The position numbers and the translations under genes are program-made. A stretch of 64,000 nt of DNA from a virus: the IMG/VR virus record IMGVR_UViG_3300028559_000025, positions 1 to 64,000 of that record; one strand, 5' to 3'. A model generated the notes under the pieces. That model did not search any database and had not been told where the DNA came from. It was given only the letters and a program-made list of their open reading frames with translations. Positions 11,601 to 20,180 of the stretch are shown here, in pieces (position 1 is the stretch's first letter; every line of letters begins with the position of its first letter).

Positions 11601-14162
11601 GGATTTGGCTCAGTCGCACCTGAAGTATTGCTCACCGCAGGACTTGATATGGCAAGTGTTTTTCCACTTACTGGAGTTGGTTCTAAAATAGGAAACATAG
11701 GATTCAGTCAAGCACAGATTGCAAAAATGGCTGCTGAAAAAGCTGCTCAAAAAGCTGCTACAAGATCAGCTTTAGAAAAAGCAGGTATTGGACTTCCAGG
11801 TATGATGCAGTCCATTCAATCTAGACTTAGTCCACAAGCTGCACTTAGAAAAAAGACCGCGTTTGCTAAAAATGCTGCAGTTGCAGCAATGATAGGTGCA
11901 TCAAAACCATTTGCTGAAAATAAACTTTCCTTAATGCTACCAGAGCTAAAGTCAAAAAATTCTGTTTCAACTTCTATTACAGCTAAGCCTGGTACTAAAA
12001 AACATGCTGGCACTCTTTCTGACTGGGTAGAGCACGATGGCTATAGAATACCAGTTTATCGTGGGGGCCCTTTTGGAGAAAACGAGTCAGTAATATTTCA
12101 AGGAATGGGAGAAGATTTTTCTCCAATTTTAAAACGCGGTCACGTTACAACAGTAATACCTACGTCACCATCAGGAATTTTAAAATATGCATTAGACCAA
12201 AAGCCAGGAGATAAAAATCTACAAGAATTACTAAATAGTTTTACTGCTGACCCAACAATACCTGGAGTAATAGGTAAAAAAGAAGAAGAATTTTTAATGC
12301 AAATGTTAGCAAGTTTAAATATAAATCTTGTAAAAAATACAACATTTGGTAGCAAAAGAACATTCTTTCCTAAGTTAGCGGATAGTCAGTCTACAGAAGG
12401 ATTAATGACATTTATTTCTTCTCTATTAGGAAATGAAAAAGCATCTTCTATTGTTAAATCTAAAACAAAAGCTATGAACCCTGAATTAAAAAAGATTGTA
12501 GATTCTTATGTAAAAGAAGCAGAGGAGCAACGATCAGCAATGGCTGCAAGAGCTGCTCAAGGGTATGATGTAGCACCAACAATAACATTAGACGAAGTTC
12601 CAATGATTAGGTCTTATAATCATGGAATAACATACAATAAAGACGGAGACATTGTTGAGCAAGCTGCTGGATTTCATATATTTAAAGATATATTCGGCCC
12701 ATCTGGTGGCACTCAAGGAGGAATTGCTAGATCAACAAAGCACTTCACAATAGGAGATTCAGTTCAGCAAAGAACTGGACATACTAGTGGATCAGTATGG
12801 AGTCCAAATCAACCAAAAGTAGTTACCACATTAAGAAATTTAATTGACAACAATGGTAATCCAGAAAATTTACATGAAGTAGACAGTTGGTGGATACAGC
12901 AATTTGGCAAAGAGTTTAAAATAGGAAGAAAAAACGCTAGCGTTATTCAACCCATTACTGGAAGAAAAGACTATATTGAAGAGCTAAAAAAGCTTGGGAT
13001 ATATAAAGAAGGAGAAGAATTTCCAATAATTGCAGAAAACGCTACAAATAAGTCTGTACACTATTTGCAAAAACCAAAATATTCTGAAAAAGAAATAGAG
13101 CAGATACTAAAAGAATTTAGTGATAATCGTTACGAGCTTCCATCAATATCAAGAATACCACAATCAAAAATGAACGGAAATCTAAAAAGAAAAGGCTTTC
13201 TATTTCAAGATTCACATGGAATAGCTTATACAGCCCATAGATTGTTAGAAATACTTGCCATACAACGTGCAAAAAAACAAATTGGTATAGATACACCATT
13301 TCAAAGACTTCAAGATCATAGCTCATCAAGCATAACTTTAAGTGATGACATAGCAGCGATAGCTCGCACTATTGGAGCAAAACCTAGTTCACGCCACAGC
13401 GATTCTAGTTTAAGCGATTTAGAAAGCGCTGGAACTAAAGGATTTTTTGATCAAGGCACTGAAGAAAATCCAGATTTTAGTAACCCATTTAAACTTCTAC
13501 AACGGGGTGGAACTTCAAGCACAGAGAATGCACTATCAGCAATGCTAATGCATCAATTTTTTGGAAAATATAGTAGCGGAAAAGTTAGATCAAATTCTAC
13601 TGACCCCGCGATAAGACTTTCTGAGGCAACAGGGCTGTATGTTCGTCAATTGATGGAATATAGGTCAGGTGCAACAACAACTCCCCCAAGCTGGGAAGAG
13701 TATGTTGCGTTAACAAAAAAAATACAAAAAGACTTGGAAGATAGCAGACTAGCCCTTTCTGCTGGTGGATATATCAATAACAGAAAAGTTAAACTTCCTA
13801 AGTTTGCTAATGGAGGTTCTATTAAGGGCTATGCAATGGGCGGACTTATAAAGGGACCAGGTACAGGAATATCAGATTCAATTCAAGCAGGCTTTGGATA
13901 TGCTGGTGGAGGATCAATTAGAGTTTCAAATGGAGAATATATTGTAAAGGCATCATCTGTTAGAGATTATGGCGTTAAGACAATGGATGCAATTAATAAC
14001 GGTACCGCAAGAGTTGGCACAGAATCTGGCGGTACAGTGTATAATATAAATATGCCTGTTACAAGTAATAATGCAAATCCAGAAATTGTTGCAAATGAAG
14101 TTATGAGAAAGCTAAAACTTGAAATAAGCAAGAATAATAAAACAAATAGAGTTGGTGGATAA
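5601..14162 (+). CDS. Tape measure protein with inserted cargo segments
   Basis: 2853 aa; TP901-like helical core (GGINASEGANALKSGL); three AxGG...GT..DS..A.L..GE.V motifs. Confidence 0.9.
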   Translation: MADTQSNIQVNIDTAQALASIKNLQRQISAFHSSMAKGGAAANAVSTQLQQTLINSINATGQFSAGIRTIRTTTESFTNSLEKNKFSLGEYFRYAGGATKTFGRLFKTEHDTINKVARENVKDLQTQYIRLGRDASGAMRSIAVRPLALDMTDLGTRTQIAAQKQAILNQLLKQGSTNLLNFGKNTQWAGRQLMVGFTLPLIAVGSAASKTFMDMETQAIRFKKVYGDLFTPTGESQQALKDIQELGKEFTKYGIAVSTTVGLAAEAAAAGFKGVDLQRQTAAATRLSILGQVESQKALETTIALQNAFSMSSENLSESIDFLNAVENQTVLSLDDISTAIPKAAPVVQQLGGDVKDLAFLMTAMKEGGINASEGANALKSGLASLINPTGKANDMLLSFGINAKKIVLDNKGDLKKTVVEFATALNMLDPLNRAQAIEQMFGKFQFARLSTLFANVTKEGTQASRVLDLAGASVQELAGLAEKELGMTSESAMNKFKGAVENLKLSLIPLGEQFLKAVTPIAEFITKVLDKFNGFSDNTKKIIVVLTGIVAGLGPVLLMTVGLVMNGLANMIKLFSFLKSSFNKTGQATAILGTEVQYMTTEQRNAAAVAASLDQVHTKLAQTFTSETTAVNALTRAYQRAIAAQSQFVPVAPPITRGPIKKFADGRPLTVGGTGNQDSELALLMPGETVIPTKMSKKYGPLINAMIAGNIPGYEFGKEDGTPGAFSFGGREFPVRQASIPSVRRFIAQIQQLGGVVSNIDDVIFKVLEDMTSELEKGAKITKSGLEKAMAASNVTELAKSTKAAQGGFEGNAGAVMAHGLPKITLTPEQVKAFEGTTVGTRLADRVPGAPVTGLSNMVFPMPAAFNQDRMTGAEGAQWIGQNRTRFTTDFAAQAGLNPNDPDLLRFGTAVGKALKSAAYRGVVVTQEDFERIISQALEKEIFDVGKNTSTAVKTAFADAKKVSTLMFPTVSQSGRTGYSRVPVAEDMRGTTVDGIPLAQGSSYKNRGVTGAQHEAADKFTMKAVRARVRRFFTKMPKEVEQEVKEVLDINSPSRATKKLGNDTATGFVSGVKELNDEARAAGKQVGSSVVSGATQSGRARRVATRPQGPAPIGATPQPGMRILPIVPPNPKGPIPPDPNGPTPTTQTRGQMLADRARGVGTRMNSMGGGMGLLGVNMGLSMLPDFAGKGVIQGGLAGANLGMMFGPYGMAAGAAIGLVTSALGNLIEKQKQHKAMTEAMFKSSSSVAEFFGNAVVNTTMEVGRLSSATLAASSSTENLGKNFGYTNEELQRFSDLVNSLPQGNPLKDILVGLEDVTDPEEIKKIIDNFVTTQVAVGQTLPEQAQKIYDLILAQSGNQSMVGQSFYNFKTQSEAVSATLKNARKNSVDLGNSLIQLTGAASNSSSLIFIKSIIDGIAASGISAAEGLNAMYYAYIRIGNQGAADSLQNLRRIQGLTQAEINSLMISGTQGFSYPVGQDTTRKEILEAQAEFNKTLKEEGLVKSGIKPYKNLADEKTISIKKEIDLLKKRKKIIDDQIKKEKQITDELKKQNDYRDKQLKIDKDIVEAKIRGDYIGAAILLQEKTSLTDEFNKENQLSALQARSDALQQQIEERQSVSDDMVAAIQSTTDAVTTGSANIVTAVREAGGFPSIDGDGSFKSPLTIASDAASIKSYIESDKPSAGVSNEGVSVGTVAPSAIDAAKAYNETFAEKITRLTQPGLKTEMQMLEDYIRTQIVFPPDKKHIFIEIKGSDGLFYKFKVAKDKNAKNGFIRVGDPIKKAAGGYIENFMGGGNVRGAGTETSDSIAAYLSNGEYVIKAKSVKKYGTETFDALNAGRFANGGLIKGYDNGGLVSGTGMYSGRMFIPPKYSTSYSEQYDPRTKQPFKFPAEGETVHFMEDMLPPSMRPQKSLFGQFKRLFTPSLWGIGKDVRGKDVTGGVVDLPYNVGYKGIYKNLLFPTALMLDRATRLGPSGPSGLYGSPLAGTNKKREAELLARSRAEGFGSVAPEVLLTAGLDMASVFPLTGVGSKIGNIGFSQAQIAKMAAEKAAQKAATRSALEKAGIGLPGMMQSIQSRLSPQAALRKKTAFAKNAAVAAMIGASKPFAENKLSLMLPELKSKNSVSTSITAKPGTKKHAGTLSDWVEHDGYRIPVYRGGPFGENESVIFQGMGEDFSPILKRGHVTTVIPTSPSGILKYALDQKPGDKNLQELLNSFTADPTIPGVIGKKEEEFLMQMLASLNINLVKNTTFGSKRTFFPKLADSQSTEGLMTFISSLLGNEKASSIVKSKTKAMNPELKKIVDSYVKEAEEQRSAMAARAAQGYDVAPTITLDEVPMIRSYNHGITYNKDGDIVEQAAGFHIFKDIFGPSGGTQGGIARSTKHFTIGDSVQQRTGHTSGSVWSPNQPKVVTTLRNLIDNNGNPENLHEVDSWWIQQFGKEFKIGRKNASVIQPITGRKDYIEELKKLGIYKEGEEFPIIAENATNKSVHYLQKPKYSEKEIEQILKEFSDNRYELPSISRIPQSKMNGNLKRKGFLFQDSHGIAYTAHRLLEILAIQRAKKQIGIDTPFQRLQDHSSSSITLSDDIAAIARTIGAKPSSRHSDSSLSDLESAGTKGFFDQGTEENPDFSNPFKLLQRGGTSSTENALSAMLMHQFFGKYSSGKVRSNSTDPAIRLSEATGLYVRQLMEYRSGATTTPPSWEEYVALTKKIQKDLEDSRLALSAGGYINNRKVKLPKFANGGSIKGYAMGGLIKGPGTGISDSIQAGFGYAGGGSIRVSNGEYIVKASSVRDYGVKTMDAINNGTARVGTESGGTVYNINMPVTSNNANPEIVANEVMRKLKLEISKNNKTNRVGG

Positions 14163-14611
14163 TGGCTTATTCAATTCAATCAGGTATACAGGTATCCCTA
14201 GATAATGTTAATTGGCAAAAAATTACAGATCATAATAGAGAGCCAATTTCAGTGTCTACAGAGCTTATTGAAACCCAGGCTAGAATGGCTAACGGTAGAA
14301 TGAAGAAGTATGTAGTTTCTCAGAAAAATACAATATCAGCATCATGGACATATGTCCCATCAAAAACATCTGAAACAGCAGACCTCAACCATGGTGCTGC
14401 TTGGCTTGAATCATTTTATAGATCTAATGTAGGGTCTCCAATTTATGTTAAGATAGTAGAGTCTGGACTAAATGGGTCTGAAGATTTTGTTACTGCACAA
14501 CATACCTCTAAGGTATATACTGTATTTATGACTAACTTTTCTAAAACCATTATTAACAGAACAAAGGTTTCAGATTACGTTAGTATGAGCATTGACTTTA
14601 CGGAGATCTAA
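14162..14611 (+). CDS. Distal tail (Dit-like) minor tail protein
   Basis: Coupled to the TMP end; RMANGRMKKY motif; 149 aa. Confidence 0.6.
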   Translation: MAYSIQSGIQVSLDNVNWQKITDHNREPISVSTELIETQARMANGRMKKYVVSQKNTISASWTYVPSKTSETADLNHGAAWLESFYRSNVGSPIYVKIVESGLNGSEDFVTAQHTSKVYTVFMTNFSKTIINRTKVSDYVSMSIDFTEI

Positions 14612-17600
14612 TGCTAGGTAATGTCAGCTCTTCAGTCTTCACAGGCTCAGACTCAATCACTTTGACACCAGTAGTTTCTGCAGAGTGGAATCATAATTTA
14701 TTTAATGCTCCATATATAACTACCGCTGGAATCGGAGAAGAGTTAACGGCAACTGCAATATCACCTTTGCCAACAGATGTAACACCTACGCTTAAGCCTA
14801 ACTTTGTAACTAAAAGCTTTGCTATGTTGCGACCAGTTAACGTTCAACCAATTACTACATCAACACCAAGCGCAAGTGACTTTGCTATAACAAATTCAGT
14901 TGTATCTTCATCTAGTATTAATGTTTCTTGGTCTAATCCACCAACTGGAACTGTATTTTATAGAGTTCAAACAACTGGTCAGTCAGACACAATTTCATCA
15001 GGAACAAGCTATACATTTTCTGGACTATCATCAGGCCAATCATATACTATAAGCATTGAGGCATGTAATTCTTCGTTTGGTGTTCTTGGTAGTATTAGTC
15101 AAATTTTTACAACTCAGTTATCTCCACAAGATATGGTTAGTCAAGGAAAAGTATCATATACTATATCTGGAGGATCTAGTTCTGCATATAAAGTAGTCAC
15201 ATATGTAAAGACTAGTAGTCCTATTCCAGTAATGATAAATGCATCAGGAAGAGGAACAGGCGTTCAGTACGGCTCTGAGTACGTTGAGGCAGACTCTTTA
15301 GGATGGACTAAGGTTGTTACCTACGTAGCCTCCCAAAGCTCTGATAACACCTTTGCAGGCTTTGTATACACTATCGCAGCCAACTCCATAAGTGGTGAAA
15401 CAAATAATCCAATAGTATATTTTACAGAACCTAAAGTATACGCTACCACTTATTTTGATTATCAAAACCACTCACTATTTCCAACAGAAATGCCATTTAC
15501 ATATTTTAGGCCAGGGGAGTCATATGTAGGATCAGGTAATACAAAGTCAAACTTCCCATCTGCATTTAGAAAGATTACCTCTCCAGTGCTTACTGGATAT
15601 ACTACTCCTACATATTTTCCAGTAACTCCAATTTTACAAAATCCAAAGTTTTGTCTTGCCTCTAAGCCTGTACCAATATTAAAAAATGCTTTACCAACAG
15701 ATACATCTGCATATAGATATTTTGTTTCAGATGAATCATCAAGAAGCATTACATCTATTTATGAAAAGCCAATTACAACAAACAAGTTAGTTATTAAATT
15801 TAATACATTAATGACTGTGCCAGTTGTTAACATAGCTATTGATGGAACTAACATTACAGTTGACGATAGTCAAAATATATCACCTTCAGCTAACTCAGAA
15901 GGTGGAAGAAGTACTGGAGTCCTAATTCTATACTGGAATGGTTCTGCTTGGACTAAAACAAAGTGGTCATCAATGCCACAATTCAGCTCTACTGGATCAT
16001 TATATTTGTCTACATCATTTAGCAAGATAACTATAACTCAGATAGATCAAAGAACTAATCCAGAATTTTTATCTTTGACAGGAGAAACACCACCACCTTC
16101 AGCAGGACCAACAATTACCTCATTTTCTGCTCAGTGTGCTAACCCTGATAATGGAAGATGTTTATCTTCATCAGTTGGTCAAACCCAATCTATTTGGGCA
16201 CTGTTTAGTTACGCTAACGCATCATCTTATAAAATAACAATGTCTCCCTCAACAACTGCTGGAAGCACAAAAACAAGCAATGCAAACTCAGACACAGATG
16301 CTTATCTTGGACTAGGATCTTGTGGAACAACTTATGCACTAACTTTAACGGTATACGCAGCAGACAACCAGCAAGGAGCTTCTTCATCTCAGACAATAAA
16401 CTATACAGTAAACTGCACTTCAACACCAACAGAAATTCCTTCAGCTTCATTAAATGTAGTATCTGATTTAAAAAGAATGCACGTAGTAGAAATTTCTCCA
16501 AGACTTGAGATTGATTTGACAGATTTTGTTCAGTCTGTATCTATTGATAAATCTTTAGATGCAAGCAATAGCCTACTTCCCATTTCTTCTCTAAATTCCA
16601 ACGATGCCCGAATTACTTTATCTGGAATACCAGCTATGATTGGATCAACAATAGTTCCAATTTTTTCTAGTCAAAGTGATCAGTCATCTACAATATTGGC
16701 AAACATGCTAAGAAAAAATATTAAGTTTTATATAAACTTTCATCTTAAAGAATACGCATCACCTAACTCAAAAATATCGTCAGACACCTATATTCCTGGC
16801 GGAGTTTTTTATTCAGACTCTTGGGCTGAAAATGATATTAAGGATATTACAGTTCAATGTTTTGACATTTCTAGGTACTTACAATCAATAGCAGTAGCAG
16901 ACTATGTTGTGAATTTAAAGAGGCCATTTGAAATTATAACAAATATTTTAGATTTATCTGGATTTACAGACTATGACTATGACTCTCTTTATAGAATATT
17001 TGACTCATCAGAAGCTCCAGTAAATCTTTATTATTATTATTGTAATTCTAAAGATTCAACCATTATGGAATGCTTAAATGAATTGTTTATAGCTTATCAA
17101 ATTGGCGCATATATTGATGAGTATGGAGTTATGAAGTTTTTAAGTTTACACAACATATTATCATCTTCAGGATCTAACCTTGCTTTGACAGATGGCAACA
17201 TTATGAAAGATGGATTTAATATATCAAATAATGCTAAACCAGGAAAAATTTCTTTAAAATATCAAACACCAAAAATTAAACAATCACCAACTGTTCAGAA
17301 TGTAAACAATGTTGATATAAAAAATTCCCCATCTTATATATACACAACTTCAAATGATGTTGTTTGGAGCCAGCAAACCGTTGACTCTGTTGGATTTAAT
17401 TATCTTAAATCAGATATGCTAGAAAATTCCAATATATTTGAGATTAACACTAGTGATTTACTAGATATTTTTTATACATTTGATATGAGTAATGATGGCT
17501 TTGCATTTATTGAAAATGAAATTGTTTCTTTTGCATATAAAGAATACAAGCTGTCAACTCTTAGTGGCAGCAAAGAAAAATTTATATCTATTAAAAATAA

Positions 17601-19602
17601 TCTTGATCTTACTTCATATATAGATACATTTATTAAAGAACAAGGTATTGGGCTTAGACTATCTAGTGCTAAAATTACCTCTGTCTCTGGTAATGGAACT
17701 GAGATTACTTATACATCAGCGAATACCTTTAAAGTTGGTGACAGAGTAATGATTGCTGGAGTTGTTCCATTTCTTTATAATATTCAAGGTATTATTAGTG
17801 AAAGAACAGCAACATCATTTAAGATATTAGGAAAACAAACAGGAACATATGTATCAGGTGGGGAAGCCTATATATCTGCAGACTATGACGTCCTCGTAGA
17901 ACTAACAGGAAAAATTACAAATGTAGAACGTGGTCTATTTGGAACCGTTCCTATGGAACATAAAAAAATAGAAGATTTAGCAAGCAAGGGTTTGTCAAAA
18001 ATAGCTATAACTCCAGGCTTTGAAATATCTAATACAGCACCTACAACATCAATTGTTAACAGTAAGGCAGAGTACCCTAAACTGCCAGAGGTAAAAAGCA
18101 TTTCTTTAAGTACAGCAGATTCTGATTCAACACTTATATTTCCAACATCTCAAGTAGACATTGGCTATAAAACATACTCTGTTAAATTTAAATTAGATGA
18201 AGAAGGTGGAGCAGCAGCAGGTTTATTTTTTAATATGACAAGTGCAACTGATCCTACAGGCACATACTTTGTAGAACTTGCAAGATATAATAAGATTAAT
18301 CCAAAAACACAGGAACTCTATGATGCACCAACATATAATTACACCCTAAGCATTTATGATCATACAGGAGCAACCCAGTCATGGGCAGATGTTACTGCTG
18401 AGTGTGTTAATATAATTGATAATTTTTCTAAAGTATTAAAGAAAGAAGGTACAGAAGATGCACCTATATATTCTTATGAAAGAGATCAGTGTTTCAATTT
18501 AAAGGTGGTTCATTATTTAACAGATGGTAAAGATGGAGAAGATGCAACAGTTGAAGATCCAAAAAACTGTTTGTTAGTGTTTATAAATAATGTTGAGATA
18601 ACTGGCTGGCAAATTCCAGGAACAGAGTATAATGGAACTACTGCTCCGTCAGCAACTGGATGGCAAGCATCAAAAGTTAATCAGCTTACGGGCCTGGGGC
18701 AAAAGCCAACGATACCAGATGACATTAAAATTGGTACAAAATTTGGGTTTTTTGCTTGTAGTATCCCACAGAGCATAACTAATCTTTTTCCACCACGTAT
18801 AAATTATCTTCCAGTCTCTAATATACCAGCGACACTGAGAGAAATACATTCTACTGTAAAACCATTAAAAGAAAGAAGTGTAAATTACTTCTATCAAGAT
18901 AGAGAATTTTTAAATGGACTAGTTCAAAAACAACCACTGTATACAAAGTCTCCCACATACCTTATGCAAACAACTCCAGAAGTATCTGGAATTAATTATT
19001 ATGATGTTGAGTATCAAACCCCAGCTGCTGTTTCTGTAGACGTTTTTCCAGTTAGCTATATGATGAAATATTTTCCAGGTAATAAGCCAATAGATAAACA
19101 ACAAGCTCAGAAGAAAATAGTTGATGAATATTCTCTAGCTTATTCAACACCAATAAATACTGGGTTCAGATTAAGAATGGCAATAGCCAATGGATCCCCA
19201 CATATGGTGTACCTTAAAAAAGACTCTGATGATGTAAACAATGCTACTGTATTTCTAAATCTATTTACACAGGAAATAATTGCACCTTCAGATCCAGAAA
19301 TTATTGAAAGCATTATAGATTATTCTAACTTGTCAGAAACAGTTCAGGTAGACTCAGAGTGGATACAGTCTAAGCAAGCAGCCTATAAAACACTAAAGGT
19401 TGTTCAAAGAGGTATTGAGGGTTTTTCTAAAAATGTATCTTTAAGTATATTTGGCAACCCTTTAATTCAGGTGGGAGATATCGTAACCCTGTCTTACTCC
19501 TTAAATGGCATTGTTGGTCAAAGATATCTAGTACACTCAGTATCTCACAGCTTTAGCCAAGGACTATCAACATCTCTAAATCTTAAAAGGATTCAAGAGT
19601 AG
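14611..19602 (+). CDS. Tail tip/baseplate hub protein with FN3/Ig insertions
   Basis: 1663 aa; FN3 motif (INVSW..P....YRV...YTFSGL..G.SY.I.I.A); C-terminal GNPLIQVGDIV hub motif. Confidence 0.75.
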   Translation: MLGNVSSSVFTGSDSITLTPVVSAEWNHNLFNAPYITTAGIGEELTATAISPLPTDVTPTLKPNFVTKSFAMLRPVNVQPITTSTPSASDFAITNSVVSSSSINVSWSNPPTGTVFYRVQTTGQSDTISSGTSYTFSGLSSGQSYTISIEACNSSFGVLGSISQIFTTQLSPQDMVSQGKVSYTISGGSSSAYKVVTYVKTSSPIPVMINASGRGTGVQYGSEYVEADSLGWTKVVTYVASQSSDNTFAGFVYTIAANSISGETNNPIVYFTEPKVYATTYFDYQNHSLFPTEMPFTYFRPGESYVGSGNTKSNFPSAFRKITSPVLTGYTTPTYFPVTPILQNPKFCLASKPVPILKNALPTDTSAYRYFVSDESSRSITSIYEKPITTNKLVIKFNTLMTVPVVNIAIDGTNITVDDSQNISPSANSEGGRSTGVLILYWNGSAWTKTKWSSMPQFSSTGSLYLSTSFSKITITQIDQRTNPEFLSLTGETPPPSAGPTITSFSAQCANPDNGRCLSSSVGQTQSIWALFSYANASSYKITMSPSTTAGSTKTSNANSDTDAYLGLGSCGTTYALTLTVYAADNQQGASSSQTINYTVNCTSTPTEIPSASLNVVSDLKRMHVVEISPRLEIDLTDFVQSVSIDKSLDASNSLLPISSLNSNDARITLSGIPAMIGSTIVPIFSSQSDQSSTILANMLRKNIKFYINFHLKEYASPNSKISSDTYIPGGVFYSDSWAENDIKDITVQCFDISRYLQSIAVADYVVNLKRPFEIITNILDLSGFTDYDYDSLYRIFDSSEAPVNLYYYYCNSKDSTIMECLNELFIAYQIGAYIDEYGVMKFLSLHNILSSSGSNLALTDGNIMKDGFNISNNAKPGKISLKYQTPKIKQSPTVQNVNNVDIKNSPSYIYTTSNDVVWSQQTVDSVGFNYLKSDMLENSNIFEINTSDLLDIFYTFDMSNDGFAFIENEIVSFAYKEYKLSTLSGSKEKFISIKNNLDLTSYIDTFIKEQGIGLRLSSAKITSVSGNGTEITYTSANTFKVGDRVMIAGVVPFLYNIQGIISERTATSFKILGKQTGTYVSGGEAYISADYDVLVELTGKITNVERGLFGTVPMEHKKIEDLASKGLSKIAITPGFEISNTAPTTSIVNSKAEYPKLPEVKSISLSTADSDSTLIFPTSQVDIGYKTYSVKFKLDEEGGAAAGLFFNMTSATDPTGTYFVELARYNKINPKTQELYDAPTYNYTLSIYDHTGATQSWADVTAECVNIIDNFSKVLKKEGTEDAPIYSYERDQCFNLKVVHYLTDGKDGEDATVEDPKNCLLVFINNVEITGWQIPGTEYNGTTAPSATGWQASKVNQLTGLGQKPTIPDDIKIGTKFGFFACSIPQSITNLFPPRINYLPVSNIPATLREIHSTVKPLKERSVNYFYQDREFLNGLVQKQPLYTKSPTYLMQTTPEVSGINYYDVEYQTPAAVSVDVFPVSYMMKYFPGNKPIDKQQAQKKIVDEYSLAYSTPINTGFRLRMAIANGSPHMVYLKKDSDDVNNATVFLNLFTQEIIAPSDPEIIESIIDYSNLSETVQVDSEWIQSKQAAYKTLKVVQRGIEGFSKNVSLSIFGNPLIQVGDIVTLSYSLNGIVGQRYLVHSVSHSFSQGLSTSLNLKRIQE

Positions 19603-19637
19603 TCCTTTGTGGTATAATTAATTGACAGGAGACAAAA

Positions 19638-20180
19638 ATGCCATATGTTAAAATATCAGACCCTAATATTATAGATCTTGCTGCTTGGCACCAAGTTATT
19701 AATGTTATTAATCAACACAGCGATACTCTTTCTGCTATCACAAATAATTTTGGTATTAAAGGAACTGCTGTTACAGACTGGAATGGCGAAACAGAAATTT
19801 ACGAAGAATTTAATTCTGGCTCACAAAAAATACTTTATGGAAAGATTGTGATTGATACTAGAGCAGGTTCTGCCCAAGATTTAAACGTAAATAATTATCG
19901 TATGTTTTATCAAACAATAGATTTTGATAACGCTCCAAGTGGAACAGCTAGCTTTAAAGCAAAACCAGTTATAACAACTTCAATATCCCTTCCTGGCTCA
20001 ACTGTTACATCAGATAGAAACGTTGGTCTTATCTGTACTGTAATTGCAGTAACTCAAACAAGTTTTACGGTTCGTGTTATTAAGGCAAGAGAATTAACTG
20101 CAGAGACAGGCACAACGATTGCTGATCCAAAGCCAATTCAAACTTTTCAAATAAACTGGATTGCTATAGGACCAAAGTAA
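19638..20180 (+). CDS. Minor tail protein with H-type-lectin/gp53-like C-terminus
   Basis: FKAKPVI...VTQTSFTV...INWIAIG motif. Confidence 0.6.
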   Translation: MPYVKISDPNIIDLAAWHQVINVINQHSDTLSAITNNFGIKGTAVTDWNGETEIYEEFNSGSQKILYGKIVIDTRAGSAQDLNVNNYRMFYQTIDFDNAPSGTASFKAKPVITTSISLPGSTVTSDRNVGLICTVIAVTQTSFTVRVIKARELTAETGTTIADPKPIQTFQINWIAIGPK

